This document shows, piece after piece, positions 53,863 through 63,598 of a DNA stretch of 64,000 bases. Source of the stretch: Trueperaceae bacterium (GTDB lineage Bacteria > Deinococcota > Deinococci > Deinococcales > Trueperaceae); NCBI GenBank assembly GCA_034521815.1, contig JAXHLW010000013.1:1312001-1376000 (forward strand). Direction: 5' to 3'. The first letter of the stretch is position 1, and every line of letters begins with the position of its first letter. A program made the position numbers and the translations under genes. The notes beneath the pieces are model-generated. The model was not told the DNA's origin. It saw only the letters and a list, made by a program, of their open reading frames with translations, and did not search any database.

Positions 53863-53987
53863 TGGCCTTCGTTCTCCTCGGACTGATCGGAGAGCCAGAT
53901 GCCCAGAAACGAGAAGGCCCCCGCGGCAACGGTCATGCCGATCAGGACGAGGACCGAGTAGAGAGTGATCGAAGCGAGCGTTCCCAC
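53859..53987 (-). CDS. 42-aa single-TM small protein
   Basis: MGTLASITLYSVLVLIGMTVAAGAFSFLGIWLSDQSEENEGH; TACACT -10 hexamer 7 nt before the GTG. Confidence 0.6.
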   Translation of the reverse strand: MGTLASITLYSVLVLIGMTVAAGAFSFLGIWLSDQSEENEGH

Positions 53988-53989
53988 GG

Positions 53990-55390
53990 TCAGGAGTGTA
54001 CCCCACGCCCGATCGTGGTCGCGCGCCGCATCACCGGCGAGCTGGGCGACGACAGACGCAGGAACCGGCGCAGCAGCAGCACGGCCGCCACGCCCAGCCC
54101 CGCCACGAGGCCCGCCCACAGACCCCGCCCCTCGTAGCCCAGCGGGAACGCCAGCAGCGTCGACACCGTCATGCCGATCAGCCAGTACGCCACCAGCGAG
54201 ATCACCATCGGCACGCGCGTGTCGCGCAAACCGCGCAGCGCGCCCGACGCGGCGACCTGGACGCCGTCGACGACCTGGAACAACGCCGCGATGCTCAGGA
54301 AGGAGACGGCGTAGCCGATCGCGTCGGCGTTCGCCGGGTCGTTCGGGTTCAGGAACACCGCGGCGACCAGGCGCGGCGCGAACCGGAACAGCGCGGCCGT
54401 TCCGAGCATCACCGCCACCGCCGAGTAGATCCCCGTCATGCCCGCCCGGCGCACCCCGGCCGCGTCGCCACGGCCGACCGCCTGACCGACGCGGACCCCG
54501 GTCGCGATCGCCAGGCCGACGGGGATCATGAACGTGACCGAGGCGGCCTGGATGGCGATCTGATGCCCCGCCAGCGCCGCTTGGCCGAACAGGCCCATCA
54601 GCAGCGCCGTGAACGAGAACAGCCCTCCTTCGAAGCCCAGCGTCAGGCCGATCGGCCAGCCCACCACGAACAGCTCGCGCAGCACGGTCGGATCGGGGTG
54701 CCTCAGCCCCCGCAACACGCGGTAGGCGCGGTAGCGCACCGCGACGTACGCGCCCGCCGCGATCGCCATCACCGCGTACACGATGGCGGTCGCGACGCCG
54801 GTTCCGACCAGGCCCAGCTCGGGAAATCCCCAGCGGCCGAACATGAACGCGTTGTTGGCGGCCACGTTGAGCGCGATGCCGACGAACAGCACGACCATGA
54901 CCGGTCGCGTGTCGGACAGGCCCTCGAGGAAGCCGCGCAGCGCGGTCAGCAGCAACGAGGGCAGGAAGCCGAACGCGGCGGCCCCCAGGTAGCCGGCCGC
55001 CAGAGCCGCCGCCTCGGGCTCCTGCCCCAAGGACAGCAGCAAAGGCTCGGCGGAGCGGAACAGGACGAAGCCGGGCACCGCGAGCAGCCCTGCGAGCCAG
55101 AGACCCTGCCGAGCGGCGCGCCCGGCACCGTCCAGGTCGCCCGCGCCGAACGCCTGCGACACCAGCGGCGCGACCGAGAACAGCACGCCCATCGAGACGA
55201 TCGAGACCAGCTGGAACACCACGCTGCCCAGCGCGATCCCGGCCAGCGCGTCTTGGCCGAGCCGGCCCGCCATCAGCGTGTCGACGAAGCTCATGCTCAT
55301 CTGCGCCAGCTGCGCCAGGATCAGCGGTCCCGCGACCCCCATCAGGTCCAGAAGCTCGCGGCGTACGAGGAGGAGGGAGGGCCGACGCAT
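53990..55390 (-). CDS. MATE family efflux transporter (NorM-like)
   Basis: FVDTLMAG, FPELG..G.G.AT, FQVVDGVQ, GALRGL.DT. Confidence 0.93.
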   Translation of the reverse strand: MRRPSLLLVRRELLDLMGVAGPLILAQLAQMSMSFVDTLMAGRLGQDALAGIALGSVVFQLVSIVSMGVLFSVAPLVSQAFGAGDLDGAGRAARQGLWLAGLLAVPGFVLFRSAEPLLLSLGQEPEAAALAAGYLGAAAFGFLPSLLLTALRGFLEGLSDTRPVMVVLFVGIALNVAANNAFMFGRWGFPELGLVGTGVATAIVYAVMAIAAGAYVAVRYRAYRVLRGLRHPDPTVLRELFVVGWPIGLTLGFEGGLFSFTALLMGLFGQAALAGHQIAIQAASVTFMIPVGLAIATGVRVGQAVGRGDAAGVRRAGMTGIYSAVAVMLGTAALFRFAPRLVAAVFLNPNDPANADAIGYAVSFLSIAALFQVVDGVQVAASGALRGLRDTRVPMVISLVAYWLIGMTVSTLLAFPLGYEGRGLWAGLVAGLGVAAVLLLRRFLRLSSPSSPVMRRATTIGRGVHS

Positions 55391-55490
55391 CCGCCCACCA
55401 TACGTCAGCCCCCGCTGGCCGCCCCGACCGTCCGCGACGAGGGTCGGCGCCGTTCACCCGCGCCCCTGGGAGCCGCGGTAGCATCGCGCC

Positions 55491-56645
55491 ATGGTTCGAG
55501 GTCTCCTGGTCGTCCTGGTCCTTGCCGTCGCGGCGTTCGCCGCTCTCTGGAGCTTCGGCGTCGTCGGGCTCCCGGGCGGATCGCCGCCTGTGGCGGGGGC
55601 GACGGAGCAGGCGGCGCTGCTCGACGCGGCCGAAAGCGGCGATCCCGCCGCGATCCGGCTGGCGCTGGGCGAGGGTGCGCCGGTGGACGGCACCGACCCG
55701 TTCGGCCGGACGGCGCTGATGCTGGCGGCCGCCGGCGGTCACGACGACGCCCTTTCGGCGCTTCTCGCTGCGGGCGCCGACGTGCACGCCCAGGCCGACA
55801 GCGGCTGGACGGCGCTGATGTTCGCCGCCGACGCCGCTCCGACCGCCTCGACCCCGCTCCTGCTGCTGAACGCCGGCTCCGACCCGCACGTCGCGGACGC
55901 CGAGGGTCGCCGCGCGTTGGAGCTGGCCGCGGACAACGCCGCCGTCCGCAGCAGCGGGCTGTGGTCCAGGCTCGAGGAGCTGACCGAGTGGCCGGCCTCG
56001 CTCCGTGAGCTCCGCGACGGCGAGGCGTTCGCACGCGGGTGGCCGTCCGCGTACCTGCTGCCGATCGAGGGGGCCACCATCAGCTCGCGGGCCAGCCATC
56101 TGCCCGGCTCGCCGCGGGCCTACCGGAACGGCACGCACGAGGGGTTCGACTTCTACGACGGCACCGTCAGCGTCGACATCGCGTACGGCGCGGAGCAGCG
56201 CGCCGTCGCGTCCGGCGAGGTGATCCGCGCCGACGTGGACTACCAGGAGCTGGACCAGGCGGCGTACGACGATCTGATCGATGCGGCCGTGGGATCGCTC
56301 GACACGCCTCCCGAGGTGCTGGACGCGCTACGCGGGCGGCAGGTCTGGATCCGGCACGCGGGCGGCTTCGTGACGCGCTACGCGCATCTGTCCGGTGTCG
56401 CCGAGGGCATCGTGGCGGGCGCGCCCGTGGCCCAGGGCGCCGTCATCGGGTTCACCGGGAACTCGGGGACCGTGGAGGCCGCGCAAGGCACGGAGGACGA
56501 TCCGCATCCGCACGTCGAGATTTGGCGCGGCGACGAGACGTACCTGGGTCAGGGGCTCGAGCCGGGCGAAATCTACGCCATCGCCGCGCAGGTGTTCGGC
56601 GTGGACGCCCTCCCGCCGTTCACGGACGGTGGGCTGCGCTTCTGA
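55491..56645 (+). CDS. Ankyrin-repeat + M23 metallopeptidase fusion
   Basis: N-terminal TM; GRTALMLAA, GWTALMFAA, GRRALELA; M23 HEGFD, YAHL, GNSG, PHPHVEI. Confidence 0.85.
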   Translation: MVRGLLVVLVLAVAAFAALWSFGVVGLPGGSPPVAGATEQAALLDAAESGDPAAIRLALGEGAPVDGTDPFGRTALMLAAAGGHDDALSALLAAGADVHAQADSGWTALMFAADAAPTASTPLLLLNAGSDPHVADAEGRRALELAADNAAVRSSGLWSRLEELTEWPASLRELRDGEAFARGWPSAYLLPIEGATISSRASHLPGSPRAYRNGTHEGFDFYDGTVSVDIAYGAEQRAVASGEVIRADVDYQELDQAAYDDLIDAAVGSLDTPPEVLDALRGRQVWIRHAGGFVTRYAHLSGVAEGIVAGAPVAQGAVIGFTGNSGTVEAAQGTEDDPHPHVEIWRGDETYLGQGLEPGEIYAIAAQVFGVDALPPFTDGGLRF

Positions 56646-56718
56646 CACGACGGTGCGCGCATAAGGTTCGCGCCTGACGATACGCACGAGACGGTCCGCA
56701 CGAGACGGTCCGCACGAA

Positions 56719-56750
56719 AACGCGCCCCCGGAAACGGTCGGGGGCGCGTT
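56719..56750. terminator. Bidirectional terminator
   Basis: AACGCGCCCCCG-N8-CGGGGGCGCGTT between convergent genes. Confidence 0.75.
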
Positions 56751-56787
56751 CGTTCGATCGATCGGCTCACGCCGAGCGTCTCGGAGC

Positions 56788-57240
56788 TCAGTCGCGCGAG
56801 ATCGCGATCTTCTTGACCTTGGCCTCTTGCACCTTCGGCATCGAGAGCGTCAGCAGGCCTTCGTGAACGCGGGCGGTGACGGCCTCGGCGTCGACGCCGG
56901 CAGGCAGCTTGATGGTGCGGCCGATCTCGCCGCGCGGGAGGGTCCGGGTCCAGTAGCGGCGACCTTCCTCCACCTCGTCGGACTCGGGCAGGACGCCGCG
57001 GATCGAGAGCTGGCGCCCCTCGATGCTGACGTCGAGATCGTCGGCCGATACGCCGGGCACGGCCATCTCGAGCACCAGCGCGTCGTCGGTCTCGTACAGG
57101 TCGAACGGCGACGCTTGGGCGGCGTTCGCGGTGGCGCTCAGGACGGGCGCGGACATGCGCTCGAACAGGCGGTCGATCGAGTCGAAGGCGTCGGCATCGA
57201 CGCCCCAGTCGCGGATCGGGCGGGTACGGACGAGTGCCAT
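56788..57240 (-). CDS. Hsp20/alpha-crystallin small heat shock protein
   Basis: GGAGG RBS; DLYETDD, VPGV, GLLTLSMPK, KKIAI. Confidence 0.93.
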   Translation of the reverse strand: MALVRTRPIRDWGVDADAFDSIDRLFERMSAPVLSATANAAQASPFDLYETDDALVLEMAVPGVSADDLDVSIEGRQLSIRGVLPESDEVEEGRRYWTRTLPRGEIGRTIKLPAGVDAEAVTARVHEGLLTLSMPKVQEAKVKKIAISRD

Positions 57241-57349
57241 GGGAACCTCCTCGGGAGTGGTGTTCGGTGACGCCGTCCCTGTGCTCGGGGGCAAGGCCGC
57301 CTGCTGAGGACCGTGGCCCACGGACGCAGGTACGACGTCGCACACCCAC

Positions 57350-57379
57350 ACCATAAGATCTGAGTGTCCTCATGTCAAG
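57350..57379 (-). promoter_or_regulatory. hsp20 promoter with overlapping HAIR-like (HspR) operator
   Basis: TTGACA-N17-TATGGT; CTTGACA-N7-ACTCAGA compared with HAIR CTTGAGT-N7-ACTCAAG. Confidence 0.75.
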
Positions 57380-57409
57380 ACTTCTCGCTTCGAGGCGCTC
57401 GGCAGCCGG

Positions 57410-58117
57410 TCAGTCCGGCTGATCGAACCCCCCGTGGTTCTTCGACCTGTAGTACTCGTCGATCTCGGCCGGAATCCCGCTGACGTCGTCGACGACCTTG
57501 AACAGGTGCAGATCGCGCTCCGACACGGTGCCCTGGCGGACCAGCGTGCCCTGCAGCCACTGAATCAGCCCCTGCCAGTAGTCCACGCCGACCAGGTACA
57601 CCGGGAACGGCTTGATCTTCTTCGTCTGGATCAGCGTGAGCGCCTCGAACAGCTCGTCGATCGTGCCGAAGCCGCCCGGGAACGCGACGAAGGCGGTCGA
57701 GTACTTGACCAGCATCACCTTGCGCACGAAGAAGTATTTGAAGTCCAGGCCGTCGGTCTGGTAGCCGTTGGGCGCCTGCTCGTGCGGCAGGGCGATGTTG
57801 AGTCCCACCGATCGACCGCCCGCCTGGTACGCGCCCTTGTTGGCCGCCTCCATCACCCCGGGACCCCCGCCGGTGAGGACGGCGAAACCGGCCTCGGCCA
57901 GATCGCGCGCCAACGCTTCGGCCTTTTCGTACACGCCGTGGTCGGACTTGAGCCGCGCCGACCCGAAGATCGTGACGGCCTTGCCGACGTCGGCCATCTC
58001 CTCGAACCCTTGGACGAACTCGCCCAGGATGCGGAACATCCGCCAGGAGTCCTCGGCGAGGGCGTCGATCACGTACTGCTTTTCGAGTCGGTCCATGTGG
58101 AATGGTACCAGCGCCAC
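57410..58117 (-). CDS. LOG family (TIGR00730) nucleotide phosphoribohydrolase
   Basis: FGSAR, TGGGPGVMEA, YFFVRK, PGGFGTIDE. Confidence 0.93.
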   Translation of the reverse strand: MALVPFHMDRLEKQYVIDALAEDSWRMFRILGEFVQGFEEMADVGKAVTIFGSARLKSDHGVYEKAEALARDLAEAGFAVLTGGGPGVMEAANKGAYQAGGRSVGLNIALPHEQAPNGYQTDGLDFKYFFVRKVMLVKYSTAFVAFPGGFGTIDELFEALTLIQTKKIKPFPVYLVGVDYWQGLIQWLQGTLVRQGTVSERDLHLFKVVDDVSGIPAEIDEYYRSKNHGGFDQPD

Positions 58118-58154
58118 GGGCGCGCTTCAGGTCGGCCCTGCCCGAGCGGTGCGC

Positions 58155-58856
58155 TCAGGCGGGCGAACCAGGCAGGAGCTCGAGCAGCCGCCACAGGTCC
58201 GGCTCGAGCGCGTCCGGCTCGGCCTCCGCCAGGCGTCGTGCGTCGTGCGTTCCCCAGCTGACGGCGTAGGTCCGCAGGCCGGCCGCGCGGCCGGCCTGGA
58301 GATCGGTGACGGTGTCGCCCACCATCCAGGATCCCTCGGCGCCCAACGCCGCCAACGCCGCGTGGATCACGTCCGGCGCAGGCTTGTGCGGGAAGTCGTC
58401 CGTCCCCTGGACGTGATCGAGGTGCGCGTCCAGCCCCAGCGCGGTCACCAGTCGCGTCGCCATCTCGGTGCGCTTCGTCGTCGCCACGGCGGTCGCCCAG
58501 CCCCGCCTTCGGACCTGCGTCAGCACCTCGACCGCGCCGGGGAACGGCCGGGTGCGCTCGGTGAAGTGCAGCGGGTAGATCCGACGGTAGGCGTCGCAGA
58601 TGGCCGTCACGCCGGCACCGTCGGTCACGAACTGCGAAGCCATCTCCTCGAGCGGCCGGCCGATCAGGGCGCGGACCTCCGTCTCGCTGGGCGCCGGCCT
58701 CGCCGCGGCGTCGAACGCGGCCCGGAAGCTCCAGACGATGTCGGGCAGGCTGTCGATCAGCGTGCCGTCGAGGTCGAACACCACGGCACGCCGAACCGTC
58801 GGGTCGGAGGACCGGGTGGAGGGCGAGGCCGAGGACGAGGACGAGGACGACGTCAT
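58155..58856 (-). CDS. HAD family phosphatase (phosphoglycolate phosphatase-like)
   Basis: FDLDGTLIDS, ATTK, KPAPD, MVGD..TD. Confidence 0.92.
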   Translation of the reverse strand: MTSSSSSSSASPSTRSSDPTVRRAVVFDLDGTLIDSLPDIVWSFRAAFDAAARPAPSETEVRALIGRPLEEMASQFVTDGAGVTAICDAYRRIYPLHFTERTRPFPGAVEVLTQVRRRGWATAVATTKRTEMATRLVTALGLDAHLDHVQGTDDFPHKPAPDVIHAALAALGAEGSWMVGDTVTDLQAGRAAGLRTYAVSWGTHDARRLAEAEPDALEPDLWRLLELLPGSPA

Positions 58857-58906
58857 GACGCCAAGGCTACCCCGGCGGCCCGAGCTCACGCCGCTCTGTC
58901 GGGTCC

Positions 58907-61246
58907 TCAGGTCTTGAGGTACGCCACCGTCACGCCGAAGCCGCCCTCGTACGGGACGGCGTCCTCGAACCGCTCGACGCGCTTCTCGTCCTTGAGGTAG
59001 CTCCGCACGGCGTCCCGCAGCGCGCCCGTGCCCTTGCCGTGGAGGATCCGGATCTTGCCGACCTTCATCGCCCCCGCTTCGAGCACGAAGTCGCGCACCT
59101 TCTCGAGCGCCTCCTCCGCCCGGTCGCCCCGGATGTTCAGCTCCTCGTCGAACCCGGCGCCGAAGGCGGTCGCCGGCGGGCCGCCAGCCGCCTTCTTCCG
59201 CTCGGGCGGAGCGACCGGCTCGATCTCGTCCACAGCGGCCTCGACGCGCAGCAGGCCCAGCTGCACCTGGACCGTGTCGCCACGCATCTCGACGATCGGC
59301 CCTTCGGCGTCGTAGGCGGGCACCCGCACCCGCGTGCCGGGCTGCAGCCGCGTGGACGACGAGGACGACGACGAGTCGGCGGCCTCCTGCGCGGCGGGCC
59401 GCGTCGGTCGCGCTCGCTTCTGCGCCTCCGCCCGGAGCCGCCGGATCTCGTCGAGCGCCTGCGAGCGCCCCCCGCCCTCCTCGCTCCGGGCGGCCTTCGT
59501 CAGCCGGGTGGCTCGCTGCAGCGTCTCTTGGAGCTTGGCGTCGGCGCGTGCGGCCGCGTCGGCCATCAGGTCGTCCTCGCGCTCGCGAAGCCGGTCCAGC
59601 TCGGACCGCAGAAGCTCGGCCTCGCCCCGGGCGGCCTCGCGCGCGTCCTCGGTCTCGGCGAGCCGCTGGGCCAGCTCCTCGCGCTGCCCCTCGAGCGTGG
59701 CCAGCAGCCGCTCCAGACGCTCGCCCTCGGGGCCCAGGATGCGCGACGCCCGCTCCAGCACGTCGCGCCCGATCCCCAGGCGCTCGGCGATCGACAGCGC
59801 GTAGCTGCGGCCCGGCTGGCCGACGACCATATCGAAGGTCGGCATCAGTCGCTCGACGTCGAACCGCATCGCGGCGTTGCGCACGCCCGCCGTATCCGAC
59901 GCGAACACCTTGAGCGGCGCGAGGTGCGTGGTCACGAGGCCCCGCGCGCCGGTCTCGAGCACCTGCTCGAGGATCGCTTGCGACAGCGCCGCGCCCTCGT
60001 CCGGGTCGGTCCCCGAGCCCAGCTCGTCGATCAGCACCAGCGTCGTCGGGTCCGCCTCGCTCACGATTCTCGCCAGGTTCGTCAGGTGCCCCGCGTAGGT
60101 CGAGAGCGACGCCTCGATCGACTGCTCGTCGCCGATGTCGGCCAGGATCGCGTCGAACCAGGGCAGCCGAGGCGGACGGGTCGGATCGCCGGCCGCCACC
60201 CCCAGACCGCTCTGCGCCATCGTCACCGCCAGGCCGAGGGTCTTGAGGAGCACCGTCTTGCCGCCGGCGTTGGGACCGGTGACGATCAGCAGCCTCCGCT
60301 CGGCGTCGAGCTCCACGTCGTTCGGGACGCAGCCGATGATCAGCGGGTGGCGGGCCCCGTGCAGCTCGACGCGACCGCCTTCGTCGCCAGGCTCGCAGCG
60401 GTGCAGCCCCCAGTCCTCGGCCAGCCGCGCCGAGGCGTTCGCGAGGTCCAGCTCCGCGACCCGCTCGAGCGTGGCGTCCACGTCGGGGTGGTCGGCGATC
60501 CGCCGACCCAGCTCCAGCAGGATGCGGCGCACCTCGTCGCGCTCCTCGAACTCGAGCAGGGCCAGCTCGTTGTTCATCGCCACCACCGACTGCGGCTCCA
60601 GGAACACGGTGCGTCCCGAGTCGCTGGCGTCGATCGCGATGCCGGGCACGCGCGACTGCGCCTCGGCACGGATCGGAATCACGTACCGGTCGCGGCGCAG
60701 CGTGACGATCGGGTCCTGGACCGCGTCGGCGTACTGTTCGAGCAGCTTGTGCATGCGGTCGCGGATCCGTCCGCGCAGCGGACGCAGCCGCCGCCGGATC
60801 TCGCGCAGCTTGGGCGTCGCGTCGTCGCGCACCTCGCCGTCGCCGTCCAGCCGCTCGCGCACCGTTCGCAGCCAGCCCTCGAAGCTGCCCATCGCGGCGG
60901 CCAGCTCGCCCAGGGCGGGACGCTCGCTCTCGGCCACCACCCGCCGCAGGCGCTCGGTGCCGTCCAGCGTGTACGCGACCGAGAGGAGCTCGCTCCCCTC
61001 GAGCATCCGGCCGTCCCGCGCCTGCGCCAGCAGCGGCCGCACGTCCTCGATCCCTCCCAGAGGAAGGTCGCCCGAGGCGAGGATCTCGTCCACCCGGTCC
61101 AGCCGCCGGCCCGCCTCGGCCCGGTCGGGCAGCGGGGCGAGCGCTTCGGCCCGCTCGACGCCCAGGCGCGTCGCGGCGCGCTCGGCCAGCGCAGACAGCA
61201 CGCGCGGGTAGGCAAGCTTGTCGAGGAGCGAGACGGTGACGTTCAC
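58907..61246 (-). CDS. mutS2: Endonuclease MutS2
   Basis: ARHPL, TGPNAGGKT, DIGDEQSIEASLSTY, DELGSGTDP, C-terminal Smr (ILHGKGTG). Confidence 0.96.
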   Translation of the reverse strand: MNVTVSLLDKLAYPRVLSALAERAATRLGVERAEALAPLPDRAEAGRRLDRVDEILASGDLPLGGIEDVRPLLAQARDGRMLEGSELLSVAYTLDGTERLRRVVAESERPALGELAAAMGSFEGWLRTVRERLDGDGEVRDDATPKLREIRRRLRPLRGRIRDRMHKLLEQYADAVQDPIVTLRRDRYVIPIRAEAQSRVPGIAIDASDSGRTVFLEPQSVVAMNNELALLEFEERDEVRRILLELGRRIADHPDVDATLERVAELDLANASARLAEDWGLHRCEPGDEGGRVELHGARHPLIIGCVPNDVELDAERRLLIVTGPNAGGKTVLLKTLGLAVTMAQSGLGVAAGDPTRPPRLPWFDAILADIGDEQSIEASLSTYAGHLTNLARIVSEADPTTLVLIDELGSGTDPDEGAALSQAILEQVLETGARGLVTTHLAPLKVFASDTAGVRNAAMRFDVERLMPTFDMVVGQPGRSYALSIAERLGIGRDVLERASRILGPEGERLERLLATLEGQREELAQRLAETEDAREAARGEAELLRSELDRLREREDDLMADAAARADAKLQETLQRATRLTKAARSEEGGGRSQALDEIRRLRAEAQKRARPTRPAAQEAADSSSSSSSTRLQPGTRVRVPAYDAEGPIVEMRGDTVQVQLGLLRVEAAVDEIEPVAPPERKKAAGGPPATAFGAGFDEELNIRGDRAEEALEKVRDFVLEAGAMKVGKIRILHGKGTGALRDAVRSYLKDEKRVERFEDAVPYEGGFGVTVAYLKT

Positions 61247-61283
61247 GGCCGATCAGCATACCGCCGAGGCCTGCGCGGCGGCG

Positions 61284-63443
61284 TCAGCTCGCCTCGCGTT
61301 CCTCGGCCTGCTTGGCCTGGATCGCGGTGAGCGCGATCGTGTAGACGATGTCGTCGACCAGCGCGCCGCGCGACAGGTCGTTCACCGGGCGGCGCAGCCC
61401 CTGCAGCATCGGCCCGATCGAGACCACGTTCGCGCTCCGCTGGACCGCCTTGTAGGTCGTGTTGCCGGTGTTCAGATCCGGGAAGATCAGCACGGTGGCC
61501 CGGCCGGCGACCGGGCTGTCCGGCGCCTTCGTCTCCGCCACCGACGCCACCGACGCCGCGTCGTACTGGAGCGGACCGTCGATCAGGAACTCGGGACGCC
61601 GCTCCTTCGCGATGCGGGTGGCCTCGCGCACCTTCTCGACGTCGCTGCCCTCGCCCGAGGCGCCGGTCGAGTAGCTGATCATCGCCACCCGCGGCTCGAT
61701 CCCGAAGTACACCGCCGAGTCGGCGGACTGGATCGCGATGTCGGCCAGCTCCTCCGCGTTCGGATCCGGGTTGATGGCGCAGTCGCCGTAGACCAGCACC
61801 TGATCGGGCAGGCACATGAAGAACACCGAGCTGATCAGCTTGGCGTCGGGCGTGGTCTTGATCAGCTGCATCGCGGGCCGGACGGTGTTCGCCGTCGTGT
61901 GGACCGCGCCCGAGACCAGTCCGTCCACCTCGCCTCGCGCCAGCATCATCGTTCCGAGCACCACGGTGTCCTCGAGCTGCTGCCGCGCGACGGGATCGGT
62001 CATGCCCTTGTGCTTGCGCAGCTCGACCATCGGCGCCACGTAGCGCTCGCGGCGGTGCACGGTCGGGTTCAGGATCTCGAGCTCGGCGGGCAGCTCCAGC
62101 CCTTGCGACTCGGCGACCCGGTGCACTTCGTCCGGCTTGGCGATCAGGACGCAGCGCGCGATGCCGCGCTCGTGGCTTCGCACCGCCGCGCGGACGGTAC
62201 GCGGCTCGGCGCCTTCGGGCAACACGATGCGCTTGTCCGCCTGGCGCGCGCGGGTGACCAGCCGGTGCATGAACGCGGGAGGCGACAGCCGCGGCTCGCG
62301 ATCGGTGGCGCAGCGCGCGGCCAGCCACTCGACGTCCAGGTGCGTGGCGACCTCGTCCATCACCCGCTCGATGCGCTCCAAGTCGTCCGGCGGAACCTCG
62401 AGGTTGATGCCTGCGGCCTGCGCGGCGCTCACGTAGCTGTCGGTCCCGACCAGCAGCACCGGCAGACCGTCCGCCACCGCGCGCTCGCACAGCTTCATGA
62501 TCCGCTCGTCCGGCTCGATCCCGCCGGTCAGCACCAGGCCGGCCAAGGGAACGCCGTTCAGCGAGGCCATCGCGACCGCGAGGATCACGTCGTCCCGGTC
62601 GCCGGGCGTGATGATCAGCGCGCCGGGCCGCAGCCGGTGCGTCATGTTCGCCACCGTGCGGGCCACGACCGACACGTCGACGATTCGGCGCCGACGCAGC
62701 TCCCCTTCGTTCAGGACGCGAGCGTCCAGCTGTCGCGCGACGTCCAAGGTGCGGGGCGAGACGAGGCTCGGATCCCACGGGATGGCGCCGATGAGGCGGA
62801 AATCGTCGTCGAACACCTGCATGCGACGTCGCACGCCGTCCTGGTCCAGCACGTCCTCCGGCTCCGTGCGGGCCGTCCGAGCGGCCGCCGTCACCTCCTG
62901 CGAGGGCGCGTTCAGCTTGTTCACGATCGCGCCCAGCAGGCGGCTGTCGTCCACGCCTCCGAAGTGCTGCGCCATCATGTCGATCCGCTCAGACAGGCTC
63001 TCGGGCGTGCCCTTTCCGATCGCGCCGACCAGCATCACCTCCGCGTCGAACGCGGTGGCGATACGCTCGTTCAGCGTGTCCAGCTCCGAATGGTCGGCGG
63101 TCGCGATCAGCCCCTCGACGATCAGCACGTCCACCTCGACGTCCTCGAGCCGCTCCTGGGCGCGCCCGACGATCTCCTCGAGCAGCTGGCCCTCGCGACC
63201 CGACGCCAGCAGCTCCTCGGCGTACGGCCAGGAGAACGGCTCGATCGGATCGATGTCGCTGGTCTCGGCGACGAAGTGGGTGGACAGCTCGCGGCCGTCC
63301 TCGCGACCCGGCTGGCGGATCGGCTTGAAGAACGCGACGCGGAGTCCTTTCCGGTCCAACGCGCGCACGACGCCGAGGCTGACGGTCGTCAGCCCCGAGC
63401 CGGGACCGGTCGGGGCGATGAAGAAGACGTGGGTGCCGGACAT
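61284..63443 (-). CDS. pta: Phosphate acetyltransferase (long form: P-loop, DRTGG, PTA domains)
   Basis: FFKPI, TPGDRDD, IVLPEG, GDCAINPDP, DGPLQYDAA, VNDLSRG. Confidence 0.96.
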   Translation of the reverse strand: MSGTHVFFIAPTGPGSGLTTVSLGVVRALDRKGLRVAFFKPIRQPGREDGRELSTHFVAETSDIDPIEPFSWPYAEELLASGREGQLLEEIVGRAQERLEDVEVDVLIVEGLIATADHSELDTLNERIATAFDAEVMLVGAIGKGTPESLSERIDMMAQHFGGVDDSRLLGAIVNKLNAPSQEVTAAARTARTEPEDVLDQDGVRRRMQVFDDDFRLIGAIPWDPSLVSPRTLDVARQLDARVLNEGELRRRRIVDVSVVARTVANMTHRLRPGALIITPGDRDDVILAVAMASLNGVPLAGLVLTGGIEPDERIMKLCERAVADGLPVLLVGTDSYVSAAQAAGINLEVPPDDLERIERVMDEVATHLDVEWLAARCATDREPRLSPPAFMHRLVTRARQADKRIVLPEGAEPRTVRAAVRSHERGIARCVLIAKPDEVHRVAESQGLELPAELEILNPTVHRRERYVAPMVELRKHKGMTDPVARQQLEDTVVLGTMMLARGEVDGLVSGAVHTTANTVRPAMQLIKTTPDAKLISSVFFMCLPDQVLVYGDCAINPDPNAEELADIAIQSADSAVYFGIEPRVAMISYSTGASGEGSDVEKVREATRIAKERRPEFLIDGPLQYDAASVASVAETKAPDSPVAGRATVLIFPDLNTGNTTYKAVQRSANVVSIGPMLQGLRRPVNDLSRGALVDDIVYTIALTAIQAKQAEEREAS

Positions 63444-63498
63444 GTCCAGAGCGTAGCGGATCGTGGGGCGGACCTTGGTCCCCCCGGATCGCCCCGTC

Positions 63499-63559
63499 GG
63501 CACATGGTGGCGGGCACATGGTGGCGGGCACATGGTGGCGGGCACATGGTGGCGGGCAC
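63499..63559. repeat. 14-bp perfect tandem repeat, about 4.3 copies
   Basis: (GGCACATGGTGGCG)x4 + GGCAC in the pta/MFS divergent intergenic region. Confidence 0.95.
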
Positions 63560-63598
63560 GACCTGCGACCGGCACCGGCAGGCGTACGGTGCGGGCTC

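Noticed and set aside
63499-63559. Possible CRISPR array
   Set aside because: Units are 14 bp and contiguous, with no spacers and no cas genes
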